Shown one piece after another: positions 1-8,610 of a stretch of DNA of 64,000 nucleotides. The notes under the pieces were generated by a model that searched no databases, was not told the origin of the DNA, and saw only the letters and a list, made by a program, of their open reading frames with translations. The number at the start of each line of letters is the position of its first letter. Position 1 is the first letter of the stretch. Location of the stretch: assembly GCA_964407865.1 (NCBI GenBank), contig CAYOXC010000001.1, forward strand, positions 203,978 through 267,977, given 5' to 3'. The translations under genes and the position numbers were made by a program. This DNA comes from an uncultured Gammaproteobacteria bacterium. Lineage in GTDB: Bacteria; Patescibacteriota; Patescibacteriia; Magasanikbacterales; GWA2-37-8.

Positions 1-114
1 AACAACTGGAGCACCGCTAATGTCGTTTTTATATAATATCTTAAAAACCTCAGAATACGGAGTTCCTTTTTTAATTGCAATAAAATTTTTATCCATTATT
101 TCTCGTACTTTCAT
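1..114 (-). CDS. partial CDS (N-terminus only): CBS-domain-like protein running off the window start
   Basis: ATG at 112-114 on the minus strand. Translation MKVREIMDKNFIAIKKGTPYSEVFKILYKNDISGAPVV resembles a CBS-domain N-terminus. No clear RBS. Confidence 0.3.
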   Translation of the reverse strand, partial: MKVREIMDKNFIAIKKGTPYSEVFKILYKNDISGAPVV

Positions 115-162
115 AATCTAAATTCATATAAATGATAGTAAAATACTATCAAATAAAATAAA

Positions 163-957
163 TTAATTCAATAGAATAAGCCAGAATATTAGAGCGACGA
201 CAATTCTATAAATACCGAACGGAATAAATGTATGATTTTGAACAAATTTCAATAAAAACTTTACGGATATATAGGCCACTACAAATGAAACCAAAAAACC
301 AACCCCGAGCATGAGCCATTGATAAATATTAAAATAATAGCTGGATTTTGTTAAATCTAAAGCAGTTGCTGCTAGCATTGTTGGGACTGCTAATAGAAAA
401 GAAAACTCAACTATTGTCTTTCGTTTTAGACCTACAATCAGACCGCCTAATATAGTGGCTGCAGAGCGCGAAACTCCCGGTACAACGGCAAAGCACTGAA
501 ATATACCAATTGCGACGGCTTGTTTATAGGATATATCCTCTATTTCATGCAATTCTTCTTTTTTTTCTTTATGCATTAATTCAAAAATTATCAATGCTAT
601 TCCACCTAAAAATAAAGCATAAAGAACAATGATGGAACTTGTTAAAAAATATGTTTTAATAACGTTGTATAGCAATAAACCAACTATTGCTGCTGGAACG
701 AAAGCAACTCCCACGGTTAAAAATATTTTTTTGTTATTTAAAACGCGCTTGAAGTATAAAACAATTACAGAACAAATAGCTCCTAGTTGAATAAAAATTT
801 CAAAACTAGATAAAAAATCTGAACTTTTAATACCAAGTAGATCTGATACCAATATTAAATGGCCCGTTGATGAAATCGGTAAAAATTCGCTTATACCTTC
901 AACAAGACCTAAGATTATTGCCTGAAATATACTCATATAAAAAATATTATACCACAA
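163..957 (-). CDS. uppP: undecaprenyl-diphosphatase (BacA/UppP)
   Basis: 264-aa polytopic membrane protein carrying the conserved GVSRSAATI and SEFLPISSTGH motifs typical of UppP. Confidence 0.85.
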   Translation of the reverse strand: MWYNIFYMSIFQAIILGLVEGISEFLPISSTGHLILVSDLLGIKSSDFLSSFEIFIQLGAICSVIVLYFKRVLNNKKIFLTVGVAFVPAAIVGLLLYNVIKTYFLTSSIIVLYALFLGGIALIIFELMHKEKKEELHEIEDISYKQAVAIGIFQCFAVVPGVSRSAATILGGLIVGLKRKTIVEFSFLLAVPTMLAATALDLTKSSYYFNIYQWLMLGVGFLVSFVVAYISVKFLLKFVQNHTFIPFGIYRIVVALIFWLILLN

Positions 958-1160
958 CCATCAACTATCATAATAGACTTAATAACTTGCCAAATTTTAA
1001 TTATTATGATATACTGCCTGAACAATAAATATTAATCATACATTTTATGAATAGCGCCCTTAAGGCAAGGATCAAGCATGCCAAAAAAAATACAAAAATG
1101 GGCAAAAAGTTACGCTCAAAAACCAAGAAGTTAACTGAAAAAAGGAAGATAAAATATTAA

Positions 1161-1192
1161 AAAAACCCCGTCCTTGCGCCGGGGTTTTTTAT
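1161..1192. terminator. GC-rich hairpin (ccccg...cgggg) flanked by an A-run and a T-run; bidirectional terminator
   Basis: Sequence aaaaaaccccgtccttgcgccggggtttttt lies directly downstream of the minus-strand gene ending at 1193. Confidence 0.6.
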
Positions 1193-1720
1193 TTATGGTT
1201 CTACTTGCAGTCTGCCAGATCCCGCATCATCACACACTATATAATTCAAGCCTACTGTTTTCGCGGTTGCTATAACGAAACTATAGGCCCCGATGTTATA
1301 AGTACTGGCTCCTACTTTAATTCTATGTGCTTTATTGTCGCGATTGTCAAGCATAAAGCTAGCACCCTTTTTTATAGTTAATACTCCGGGTGTGGCTCTG
1401 CAATTAACAAATTGAAAACGATAACCCGAAGCGCTGTATTGTTTTAATGCGTCAGCATAGGATTGAGTCACTGCCCCAGGCGCAGTTGTTTTTGTCGGTG
1501 TTGTTTTCTTGACCGTTCCATTTTTATTTTCAGTACTGGTCGTACTTGTTGCTGTAATATCGGTTGATGTGGTTAGAATATTTTCTTCTAAATTCACTAG
1601 GATCTGATCAGGCGCATTTTCTGACGACTTCGGCCGTGCAAATAAAACAAAGCTTAAAAATATAGCAACAAGAATAGCAATCGCACCAACTTCAATAATC
1701 TTATTTCTTTCTATTTTCAT
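1193..1720 (-). CDS. hypothetical secreted or membrane-anchored protein (N-terminal TM segment, Thr-rich linker)
   Basis: ORF 1193..1762 trimmed to the internal start MKIERNK, to avoid a 38-nt overlap with the upstream gene. N-terminal hydrophobic segment followed by a TSTT-rich low-complexity region. Confidence 0.45.
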   Translation of the reverse strand: MKIERNKIIEVGAIAILVAIFLSFVLFARPKSSENAPDQILVNLEENILTTSTDITATSTTSTENKNGTVKKTTPTKTTAPGAVTQSYADALKQYSASGYRFQFVNCRATPGVLTIKKGASFMLDNRDNKAHRIKVGASTYNIGAYSFVIATAKTVGLNYIVCDDAGSGRLQVEP

Positions 1721-1724
1721 ATTT

Positions 1725-3077
1725 TTAAAGAGATATCTGAATTTCATTGGAATACACGCCACAAGTACCGCCTAAGTACTCACAAACTCTTACAAAATAA
1801 ACACCACTGCCGTCAAAAGCACTTACTGATGCCGTGCTTTGCTTAGGGTCAGTAAAATATAAATAAGTATCGCCTGTTCTCAGCGGGTATGTAGGACCTG
1901 TTTTTTTAGACCAGACCAATTTAAATCCCTGAGATGATTCTCCTGTAGTATTCCATTTAACCATACCTTCACCGAGATAAGAAAGCGAAATATTTGAAAC
2001 ACGCTGATCTGTTACTGCTAGTTGAACTTTTATCTCATTAGAGTAAACTCCGCATTTTCCCCCCAAATACTCACAGACTCTTACATAATAACTGCCACTG
2101 CCAGAAAAAGCTTCAAGCGAAGAATTTTTTTGATCAGGATTTGTATAATAAAGATATTTATCACCTGATCTCGTCGGATATGTCGGATGTGCATTTTTTG
2201 ACCAAACCACTTTATAACCCTGCGAAGAATATCCGTTGATAACCCACGAAATACTTGCACCGCCGGTCGATTTAAGACTAATGGAGTTAACTGCACCCGA
2301 AACAACCGGTGTTTTTACGGTTTCCACTGGTTTCGTTGTCTTTACCGATGTTTCAGTTTTATTATCGGTATTATTTTCCTCATCCGTTATTAATGATTTA
2401 TCCAAATTTAAATTCCACTTAACAAAGGCATCATTATTATCACTAGTGGTTATTTTAGCCACTCGATTTTCAGCGTTTTTATCTTCGGCATTAACTGAAT
2501 AATATTTACTACCTGCCTCGACTAATACTTCTTTTTCATCTGATCCAAGCACCTTGACTTTACTGTCATAAACCTCCACACCTTTCTTGTTTTCCGTATT
2601 GACCGTTTTGTAAGCGGTACCGACTGACTGATAACTAATATTTTCAACCATCACTTCAAATGACCTATTATTTAATTCAGCAACTCGTGTGTAAACCTGG
2701 CCTTTATCGTTTAAAATAACAAAATTTGTAGAATTTAAAGATGATAGCGTAATTCCGCTATTAGCATTTAGTCTAATCGCACTACCATCATCGAGATTTA
2801 AAATAGCTCGACCATCACCGACAACTTCCATTGAATCTCCCTCACTCAACGCTAAACCAATATTCGCTCTTTTCCATTCTCCGTCAGCAGATTTATATTC
2901 AACCGCACCCTCAACCAGGGCGATCTGACCGCCAATTTTATTAACAGTTTCCTCTTGATTTTCTGGTTCTACGACAGTGTCTGGCCGACTAAAAAAATAA
3001 AAGGCTGTTAATACCACTGCTAAAAAAACAAAAAATATTACTCTTCCCCAAATACTTGGGTTAGTATTTTTTTCCAT
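1725..3077 (-). CDS. secreted FecR-domain-like protein with two tandem ~65-aa Cys-containing C-terminal repeats
   Basis: N-terminal TM segment. FecR-like segment (GQIALVEGAVEY...GDSMEVVGDGRAILNLDDGSAIRL). C-terminal duplicated module GYKVVWSK...VRVCEYLGGKCGVYSNEIKVQL and GFKLVWSK...VRVCEYLGGTCGVYSNEIQISL. Confidence 0.6.
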   Translation of the reverse strand: MEKNTNPSIWGRVIFFVFLAVVLTAFYFFSRPDTVVEPENQEETVNKIGGQIALVEGAVEYKSADGEWKRANIGLALSEGDSMEVVGDGRAILNLDDGSAIRLNANSGITLSSLNSTNFVILNDKGQVYTRVAELNNRSFEVMVENISYQSVGTAYKTVNTENKKGVEVYDSKVKVLGSDEKEVLVEAGSKYYSVNAEDKNAENRVAKITTSDNNDAFVKWNLNLDKSLITDEENNTDNKTETSVKTTKPVETVKTPVVSGAVNSISLKSTGGASISWVINGYSSQGYKVVWSKNAHPTYPTRSGDKYLYYTNPDQKNSSLEAFSGSGSYYVRVCEYLGGKCGVYSNEIKVQLAVTDQRVSNISLSYLGEGMVKWNTTGESSQGFKLVWSKKTGPTYPLRTGDTYLYFTDPKQSTASVSAFDGSGVYFVRVCEYLGGTCGVYSNEIQISL

Positions 3078-3213
3078 AAAAATAAAGCTTATTTGAATTA
3101 AGCTCTCTCAATTTTACTATATTATGCTACCATATCAGTATTATAAAGTCAAAAATATATTGACATTGGGTTGTATATAGCTGTATAATTTTAACGCTTG
3201 TTTCAAAATATAT

Positions 3214-3285
3214 TCCGGGGTAGCGCAGCGGTAGCGCAGTTGGCTGTTAACCAATTGGTCGTGGGTTCGAATCCCACCCCCGGAG
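3214..3285 (+). tRNA. tRNA-Asn (anticodon GTT), no encoded CCA
   Basis: Cloverleaf parsed by hand: acceptor tccgggg/ccccgga, D-stem gcgc/gcgc, anticodon loop ctGTTaa, T-arm gtggg-ttcgaat-cccac, discriminator g. Confidence 0.85.
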
Positions 3286-3297
3286 CGAATGAAAAAA

Positions 3298-3319
3298 CAA
3301 GCCTGCAAGGCTTGTTTTT
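3298..3319 (+). terminator. rho-independent terminator after tRNA-Asn
   Basis: Hairpin caagcctgcaaggcttg followed by ttttt. Confidence 0.7.
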
Positions 3320-3330
3320 GAGTGAGCGAC

Positions 3331-3499
3331 GGGGAGCGACCAAACTGCTTTGGTCGCGTGTGGGATGAGAACGCCGGAGCGATGTCGCGCCGACTTTGCT
3401 GGGAGGCGCGACCGCGAGGCGGTGGCTAGACAAAATTTTCGGAAGAAAATTTTAGTCGAAGCCGAATCCCTAATAGCGAAGCGCCCACCCCCGGAGCAT
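3331..3499 (+). repeat. structured repeat element C, copy 1; candidate ncRNA embedded in a tRNA-Asn-like frame
   Basis: A ~110-nt core (3370-3470) matches 37490-37590 at roughly 90% identity. It has a conserved 7-8-bp GC stem (gtcgcgc[c]...[g]gcgcgac) and an aaaatttt/aaaatttt hairpin with a c/tGGAAg loop. A compensatory change occurs between copies (gac..gtc versus ggc..gcc). A 9-bp hairpin precedes the core. The 3' end repeats the tRNA-Asn terminus cccacccccggagc. Confidence 0.5.
3484..3499 (+). repeat. partial direct copy of the tRNA-Asn 3' end (att-like scar), copy 2
   Basis: cccacccccggagc is identical to tRNA-Asn 3275-3288. It is followed by its own terminator hairpin. Confidence 0.6.
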
Positions 3500-3505
3500 A
3501 TTAAA

Positions 3506-3535
3506 AACACCACCCTTGCGGTGGTGTTTTTAATA
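3506..3535 (+). terminator. rho-independent terminator after repeat C copy 1
   Basis: Hairpin aaacaccacccttgcggtggtgttttt. Confidence 0.7.
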
Positions 3536-3589
3536 TATTCTGAGGATGCGGGATGAGAAGTTTATACCCCGAGAGCGAAGCGGAGGGGT

Positions 3590-3606
3590 AAATCCCACCC
3601 CCGGAG
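3590..3606 (+). repeat. partial direct copy of the tRNA-Asn 3' end, copy 3 (with a core-deleted C-like flank at 3545-3589)
   Basis: aatcccacccccggagc. Preceded by gggatgagaa...gcgaagcg, which parallels the flanks of C copy 1. Followed by the hairpin at 3614-3647. Confidence 0.55.
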
Positions 3607-3613
3607 CAAATAA

Positions 3614-3647
3614 AATAGCATGGATTTATCCCATGCTATTTTATTTT
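3614..3647 (+). terminator. rho-independent terminator
   Basis: Hairpin tagcatgg-atttat-cccatgcta followed by ttttatttt. Confidence 0.65.
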
Positions 3648-3871
3648 GTTTCGTGGTGATGATTCGAACGGCAAGGAATAAAAACGGGATTTTTCACTTG
3701 TCGAGTAAAGTTCACGAATTAAAATTGTAATAATAATAAATAAGTAATTATAACCGATAAACATTATCTAAAAACATACCAATTATTGAAGCATTTGAAA
3801 TATACGGATTAATGAGTTAATATAAAACAAATTGTTCTTTTACAAAACAAACACCAAAAAAGGATACAAGG

Positions 3872-5695
3872 GTGAAGAATATGGTTATCAAAAGAAAAAA
3901 AACAAAAGTGCTGATGGTTTACCCGTCATTTCCACCATCGTTCTGGAGCTTCAGTGAATCGATGAAACTGCTCGGACTTGGGGCAATAATGCCACCGACT
4001 GGCCTAGTAACAGTTGCTGCCATGCTTCCAAAAGAATATTTCGACATATTGCCGATCGCTGACCTAAATATCAAACCATTATCGGATAGCGACCTTGAAC
4101 AAGTTGATATGGTTATGATATCTGCCATGGTAGCTCAAAGGAAATCGTTTCGTGAAACTATTGAGCGAGCAAAATGTCACGGTAAAACCGTTGTTGTCGG
4201 CGGTCCTTACCCAACTTCTTACAAAGAAGAAGTACTGCAAACGAGAGCCGATCATCTTATTCTGGGCGAAGCAGAATTAACTCTTGAGCCATTTATTACA
4301 GATTGGCTGAATGGTTGCGCTGAACAAATCTACGACGAAAAAAGCGTTCACCCCCGCTCAAATGTAGTATTGACGCGTGAGGGCAAACCGCTAATGTCGT
4401 ATTCGCCTGTCCCCCGCTGGGATTTGGTTGACTTGTCGCAGTACTCATCAATGACAATGCAGTTTTCCAGAGGATGCCCTTTCAACTGTGAATTCTGTGA
4501 TATAACTGCGCTTTTCGGCCACATTTCTCGGACCAAAACACCTGCTCAAATAAATAGCGAACTAGACGAGATCTATAAGGCTGGCTGGCGTGGCTCAATT
4601 TTTATGGAAGATGATAACTTCATCGGAAATAAATTGAAAGTTCGTGAACTTCTGCCATCGATTGCCGAATGGCAAAACCGACACAACTACCCCTTTTCGT
4701 TCTACACAGAGGCCAGTCTCGATCTCGCAAATGAAAATATGCGCGATATCAGGGAAAACATGGTTTACGCCGGTTTTCAGGAGGTATTCGTTGGTATAGA
4801 ATCAGTTAACCCTGATGTGCTGAACCAAATGGGAAAAAAACAAAATAAGGGCGATCTTGGCGAAAAAGTAAAAATTCTCCAGCAGGCTGGGCTTGAAGTT
4901 ACTGGTGGCTTTATTATCGGCAACGACGAGGATAAGCCCTCAGTATTTAACGAGCTCTTCTCCTTCATCCAAAAAAATGGAATCGTTATTGCCATGGCTG
5001 GTCTTTTGACTGCTTTTCGAAATACCTTACTCTACAAGCGCCTTGCTTCTGAAGGAAGAATAAGAGCTGAAACATCAGGCAATAACGTTCATCGGTTTGA
5101 GTTCAATTTTGACCCCAAACTTGATGAGCGGATACTGATTGAAGGCTATGTTGAGCTGCTCCAACAACTCTATTCTTCGCGCAATTATTATGACCGCTGT
5201 CGCACCTTAAGACAGAGGCTGTCTCGCCGCTACCGCAAGATTAACATAAATTACAAAGTTCTAATTGCTGCGGCGAAAATAATAATCCTGAACATCTTCA
5301 AGCGGCCTGATTGGTACTTCATCAAGTATATTGCACGCACTCTTATTAGCGCACCCTTAAAAACAAGTGAAGCGCTCAGACAAGCGATCCAATTCGCCCA
5401 CTTCAAAAAAATCACGCAAGCAGCTGTCGATGCTCATCGCTATCCTGTGCAAGTTGAGTCTCTAATCAAGCGATTTAAAAGACGCGCGTCTGCTCTGCAA
5501 GGTGATGCCAATAAGTGCCTGAAAAAATTGTCGCGTTTGGAGAGGCAGACTATCAAAAAAGCAACTAAAATCTACCACTCTCTCGATCCTGATTTTCGCG
5601 CCGGAGCAAAGGCATACTATGAAAACTGCCGCTTGCGGCTTCATTCCTATGCTGACAGTTATCGGCAAAAATGGCTTGCCCTACCCACCGCTTAA
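3872..5695 (+). CDS. B12-binding-domain radical SAM protein (class B rSAM, DUF4070-like C-terminal extension)
   Basis: N-terminal cobalamin-binding-like region and a CPFNCEFC (CxxxCxxC) radical-SAM cluster motif. GTG start with an upstream aagga; an alternative ATG lies at 3881. Confidence 0.85.
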   Translation: MKNMVIKRKKTKVLMVYPSFPPSFWSFSESMKLLGLGAIMPPTGLVTVAAMLPKEYFDILPIADLNIKPLSDSDLEQVDMVMISAMVAQRKSFRETIERAKCHGKTVVVGGPYPTSYKEEVLQTRADHLILGEAELTLEPFITDWLNGCAEQIYDEKSVHPRSNVVLTREGKPLMSYSPVPRWDLVDLSQYSSMTMQFSRGCPFNCEFCDITALFGHISRTKTPAQINSELDEIYKAGWRGSIFMEDDNFIGNKLKVRELLPSIAEWQNRHNYPFSFYTEASLDLANENMRDIRENMVYAGFQEVFVGIESVNPDVLNQMGKKQNKGDLGEKVKILQQAGLEVTGGFIIGNDEDKPSVFNELFSFIQKNGIVIAMAGLLTAFRNTLLYKRLASEGRIRAETSGNNVHRFEFNFDPKLDERILIEGYVELLQQLYSSRNYYDRCRTLRQRLSRRYRKININYKVLIAAAKIIILNIFKRPDWYFIKYIARTLISAPLKTSEALRQAIQFAHFKKITQAAVDAHRYPVQVESLIKRFKRRASALQGDANKCLKKLSRLERQTIKKATKIYHSLDPDFRAGAKAYYENCRLRLHSYADSYRQKWLALPTA

Positions 5696-5722
5696 TTTGA
5701 CGTGTTTGTTTGCCTACCCCAA

Positions 5723-5749
5723 CCCCGCTATTTCTTAGCGGGGTTTTTT
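5723..5749 (+). terminator. rho-independent terminator of the rSAM gene
   Basis: Hairpin ccccgctatttcttagcgggg followed by tttttt. Confidence 0.75.
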
Positions 5750-5893
5750 ATGTCATTATCTAATTAAAAAAGCGGTTTTATTTAGGCCTATTACTTGACA
5801 AGATATAATGAATATGCTATCTCTAAACAAAATTTTATTGTAAAATATTCCTAAAAAAACGAAGAAGAGGTTCTTTAAAAAAGGAGAGTTACG

Positions 5894-6340
5894 GTGAAAA
5901 ACAAAAAAAAGAGAGAACAACGTGTCGTCAAAAAAGTATTACCGTCCTATCTCTGCCTAGTAACAATCCGGTCGCCAAACAGAAACCTGATTACAAACCC
6001 GGATGTATTAAAGCGTTTTTCCGACAGGCTTATTGACTCAATAAATATGAGACCTGTCGGAATGCCGCGTGTTGATTCTTTACCCTGCGGAATTCCTGGT
6101 ATAAAATCGTACTCGATTAACCAGCCGCTGATTGAATCAATTCTATCTATAGATACTTGGCCTGAGCTAGGACATAACGGATACTTTGTCATTCTTCTGC
6201 ACTCCTGTAGTAAGTTCGACATCCAATCAATTGTTAAAACGATCGATTGTATCTTCCCCGGCTCGGAAGTAATAAAATTAACATATGTCGATCACACGGT
6301 CGACATAAAGGAGGTGTACTATGAAACGGTGCAGGCGTAA
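5894..6340 (+). CDS. AdoMetDC-family (SpeH-like) pyruvoyl-dependent decarboxylase homolog
   Basis: LIESILSIDTWPELGHNGY aligns with the SpeH ESHL(T/S)IH(S/T)(F/W)PE(H/Y)GY self-cleavage and active-site region. The His five residues after the pyruvoyl Ser is Asp here. GTG start with an aaggagag RBS. Confidence 0.55.
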   Translation: MKNKKKREQRVVKKVLPSYLCLVTIRSPNRNLITNPDVLKRFSDRLIDSINMRPVGMPRVDSLPCGIPGIKSYSINQPLIESILSIDTWPELGHNGYFVILLHSCSKFDIQSIVKTIDCIFPGSEVIKLTYVDHTVDIKEVYYETVQA

Positions 6341-6373
6341 GACCGACAACGGAGAGGAACCTTTTTCTAGAAA

Positions 6374-6417
6374 CCCCTGTCTAAAGCTTAACAAGCAAAA
6401 GACAGGGGTATTTTTTT
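6374..6417 (+). terminator. rho-independent terminator
   Basis: Hairpin cccctgtc...gacagggg followed by ttttttt. Confidence 0.7.
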
Positions 6418-6460
6418 ATAAAAATAATAACACCCGCCAAACGGCGAGTGTTTTGTCTTC

Positions 6461-7792
6461 TTAAAACTCTGTCAAAACATCATCTTCATCAGGTTTTTTA
6501 ACTCCACGAAAAACAACGTCACATATATTTTCTACTCCAAATTGACGGCCATCAAGAAAACCGCTCATAGCTGCCTCAGCTAACCAACCGGAAGAGACCC
6601 AGTCATACAACCACTCATTTGTGTGTCGATGATCATCTTGGAATATACCAGCACCGACAGTCTTCAACCATGTTTTATTAAATTTTTCCTGCGAACCGAT
6701 TGGAGGAGCAGTGATAATGGGAAGGCCTAATGCGCTATAAAAAACCAATTCACTCGGTTTTGTCCAAAGAATATCAGTATGCCTCAAACACTCATTAAAC
6801 CGTTTAAAATAATCTTCTTTATGAAATTCAAAAATTATATCTAAATTTCTTTCAAAAGCTTTTTTCATGCCAAGTTCTTTTATTCTCTTATAAAAATAAC
6901 TGTATGCATCATTGCGCGTTCCAGCTACTAATACAAAATTTATTTGATTGTCTAAAATCTTCTTTTTTAAACTCAAAAGAATTCCATCAGCCAAACCTCG
7001 TTGTGCGCCAGCGCCACCAACAGCAAAAGTTACCGTAAACGGATGTTTATGTCGCGCGTCAATTTTAATTTCCTTTAGAAATTGTTTTATCGTTTCAGAA
7101 TATTTTTTTCTATAGTGCTTCTCTGGATCTAAATTTACCAAGCGCTCAGCCAAATCAGAACGCAACCGCTTCAAGTTATGACCACCGAGATTTTCTTCAG
7201 GCAATGGAAATCCAGTTAAAAATATATTCTCACTCTTTACTCCATATAATTTCAACCTCTCAACAACTCTACGACATGGTGCTAAATATTTAATACGACT
7301 ACGCTCCGGATGAAGCGGTACCCAAGCACGACTTATATCTGAATCACAAACAATAGTGTAAATTTCATTCTTGAAGCCGTGCTCTTCCGCAAAGAATGAA
7401 ACGGCAAAAAAAGAGGTGATAAGAGGTATGTCCTCTTGATTTAAAAAATTTATCAAATCTTTTCCCCAACCATTTTTAATAAAACGATACATTTGACTAA
7501 CCTGAAAAATTGGTTTAGATAAATCACGACGCGGATAAAAATCAGGTATCGCCTGAAACTTATCATAAACATTAAAAATCTGCTGGCCAATAATGGGAAT
7601 ATTTGTTAGCCGGGAAACAAACTCATAAAATCTTCTTGAGTTACGCCAAACCCTTAAATCACGGCGCGGTATGCCCTGATAATTATTGGCGTTGATAACT
7701 TTGCCGGTGGGCGATAGTTTGCGCAAAGGATATGTAGCGCGTTGATGGCCATAGCCCATGTCGACTGTTATGATCCAAGCTTTATTTGTCAT
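6461..7792 (-). CDS. glycosyltransferase, MGDG-synthase/UgtP-like (GT28 family)
   Basis: N-terminal IITVDMGYGHQRA motif typical of MGDG synthase / processive diacylglycerol glycosyltransferases. 443 aa. Confidence 0.55.
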   Translation of the reverse strand: MTNKAWIITVDMGYGHQRATYPLRKLSPTGKVINANNYQGIPRRDLRVWRNSRRFYEFVSRLTNIPIIGQQIFNVYDKFQAIPDFYPRRDLSKPIFQVSQMYRFIKNGWGKDLINFLNQEDIPLITSFFAVSFFAEEHGFKNEIYTIVCDSDISRAWVPLHPERSRIKYLAPCRRVVERLKLYGVKSENIFLTGFPLPEENLGGHNLKRLRSDLAERLVNLDPEKHYRKKYSETIKQFLKEIKIDARHKHPFTVTFAVGGAGAQRGLADGILLSLKKKILDNQINFVLVAGTRNDAYSYFYKRIKELGMKKAFERNLDIIFEFHKEDYFKRFNECLRHTDILWTKPSELVFYSALGLPIITAPPIGSQEKFNKTWLKTVGAGIFQDDHRHTNEWLYDWVSSGWLAEAAMSGFLDGRQFGVENICDVVFRGVKKPDEDDVLTEF

Positions 7793-8510
7793 ATATATTC
7801 CTCCTTACTTTTTTATTGATTGCTAAAATGAAACCCATATTTTTATCAAATTTTGAAGGATATGTCTGCACGCTAAAACCGTTTTTACGCATTATCTCTT
7901 CAAGATTTCTGTGTTGATTCTTTTTAAAGTCATGATACTCAAAAATCATTGATGAAATTTTTTTAAATACTTTTTTTGGCCATGCCGATATTATGTGATT
8001 TTCAGCGCCTTCTATGTCCATTTTTAATACATCGATCATATTTTCACTACAATCCTCCAATAAATTCTCCAAGGTAATTGTTTTGACTTTTATAATTTTA
8101 CCAGAATTTTCAGTAAGCGATTTATCAGCGGAAAATATCAATCTATGATTATGACTATCTTTTGATACCAAAAAATTTCCAAAACCATTTTCTAAAGAAA
8201 GTGCACATTTAAGAGTCTTAATGCTAGATATGTTGTTAACCAATAAATTTTCCTTTAAAATTTTGTAATTTTCATTTTCTGGCTCTACTGCAATTATCTT
8301 AACTTTGCTATTTAATGCATTACAATAAAGCGAAAAAAGCCCAATGTGCGCTCCTACATCGATAATTAATCTTTTTGCGTTGATGATATACGGTTCAGCG
8401 GCGCGATACTCTCTGAATTTAAAAATTTCATTTGAAACACTTTCAAAAGCTGTTTTTCCTGGATTAACCTTAAAACGTCGCCCAAATTTAGCGATATTTA
8501 TATATGGCAT
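7782..8510 (-). CDS. FkbM-family methyltransferase
   Basis: IDVGAHIGLFS and LKMDIEGAE motifs. Confidence 0.8.
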   Translation of the reverse strand: MPYINIAKFGRRFKVNPGKTAFESVSNEIFKFREYRAAEPYIINAKRLIIDVGAHIGLFSLYCNALNSKVKIIAVEPENENYKILKENLLVNNISSIKTLKCALSLENGFGNFLVSKDSHNHRLIFSADKSLTENSGKIIKVKTITLENLLEDCSENMIDVLKMDIEGAENHIISAWPKKVFKKISSMIFEYHDFKKNQHRNLEEIMRKNGFSVQTYPSKFDKNMGFILAINKKVRRNIYDK

Positions 8511-8610
8511 ATTTATAACAACTTAATTATATCATCAATTTTATCAATAACAAAACCGGGATAAACCCGGTTATGTATAAATAAGGTGCAGAAGAAACAG
8601 GTCGGGGAGG

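Noticed and set aside
3421-3470. Element C hairpin with a GGAA tetraloop as SRP (4.5S) RNA domain IV
   Set aside because: The GGAA loop and closing C-G resemble SRP helix 8, but the flanking symmetric and asymmetric loop consensus (AGGxCAGG / GAAGCAGCCAAGG) is absent and the stem is an aaaatttt repeat.
3203-3556. Three ORFs from the track (3203..3433 -, 3247..3513 -, 3350..3556 +) overlapping tRNA-Asn and repeat C copy 1
   Set aside because: They overlie a clear tRNA and a GC-rich structured repeat. Their apparent protein conservation with 37234..37620 and 37442..37786 simply reflects about 90% nucleotide identity of the repeat. There is no RBS and the sequence is structure-dominated.
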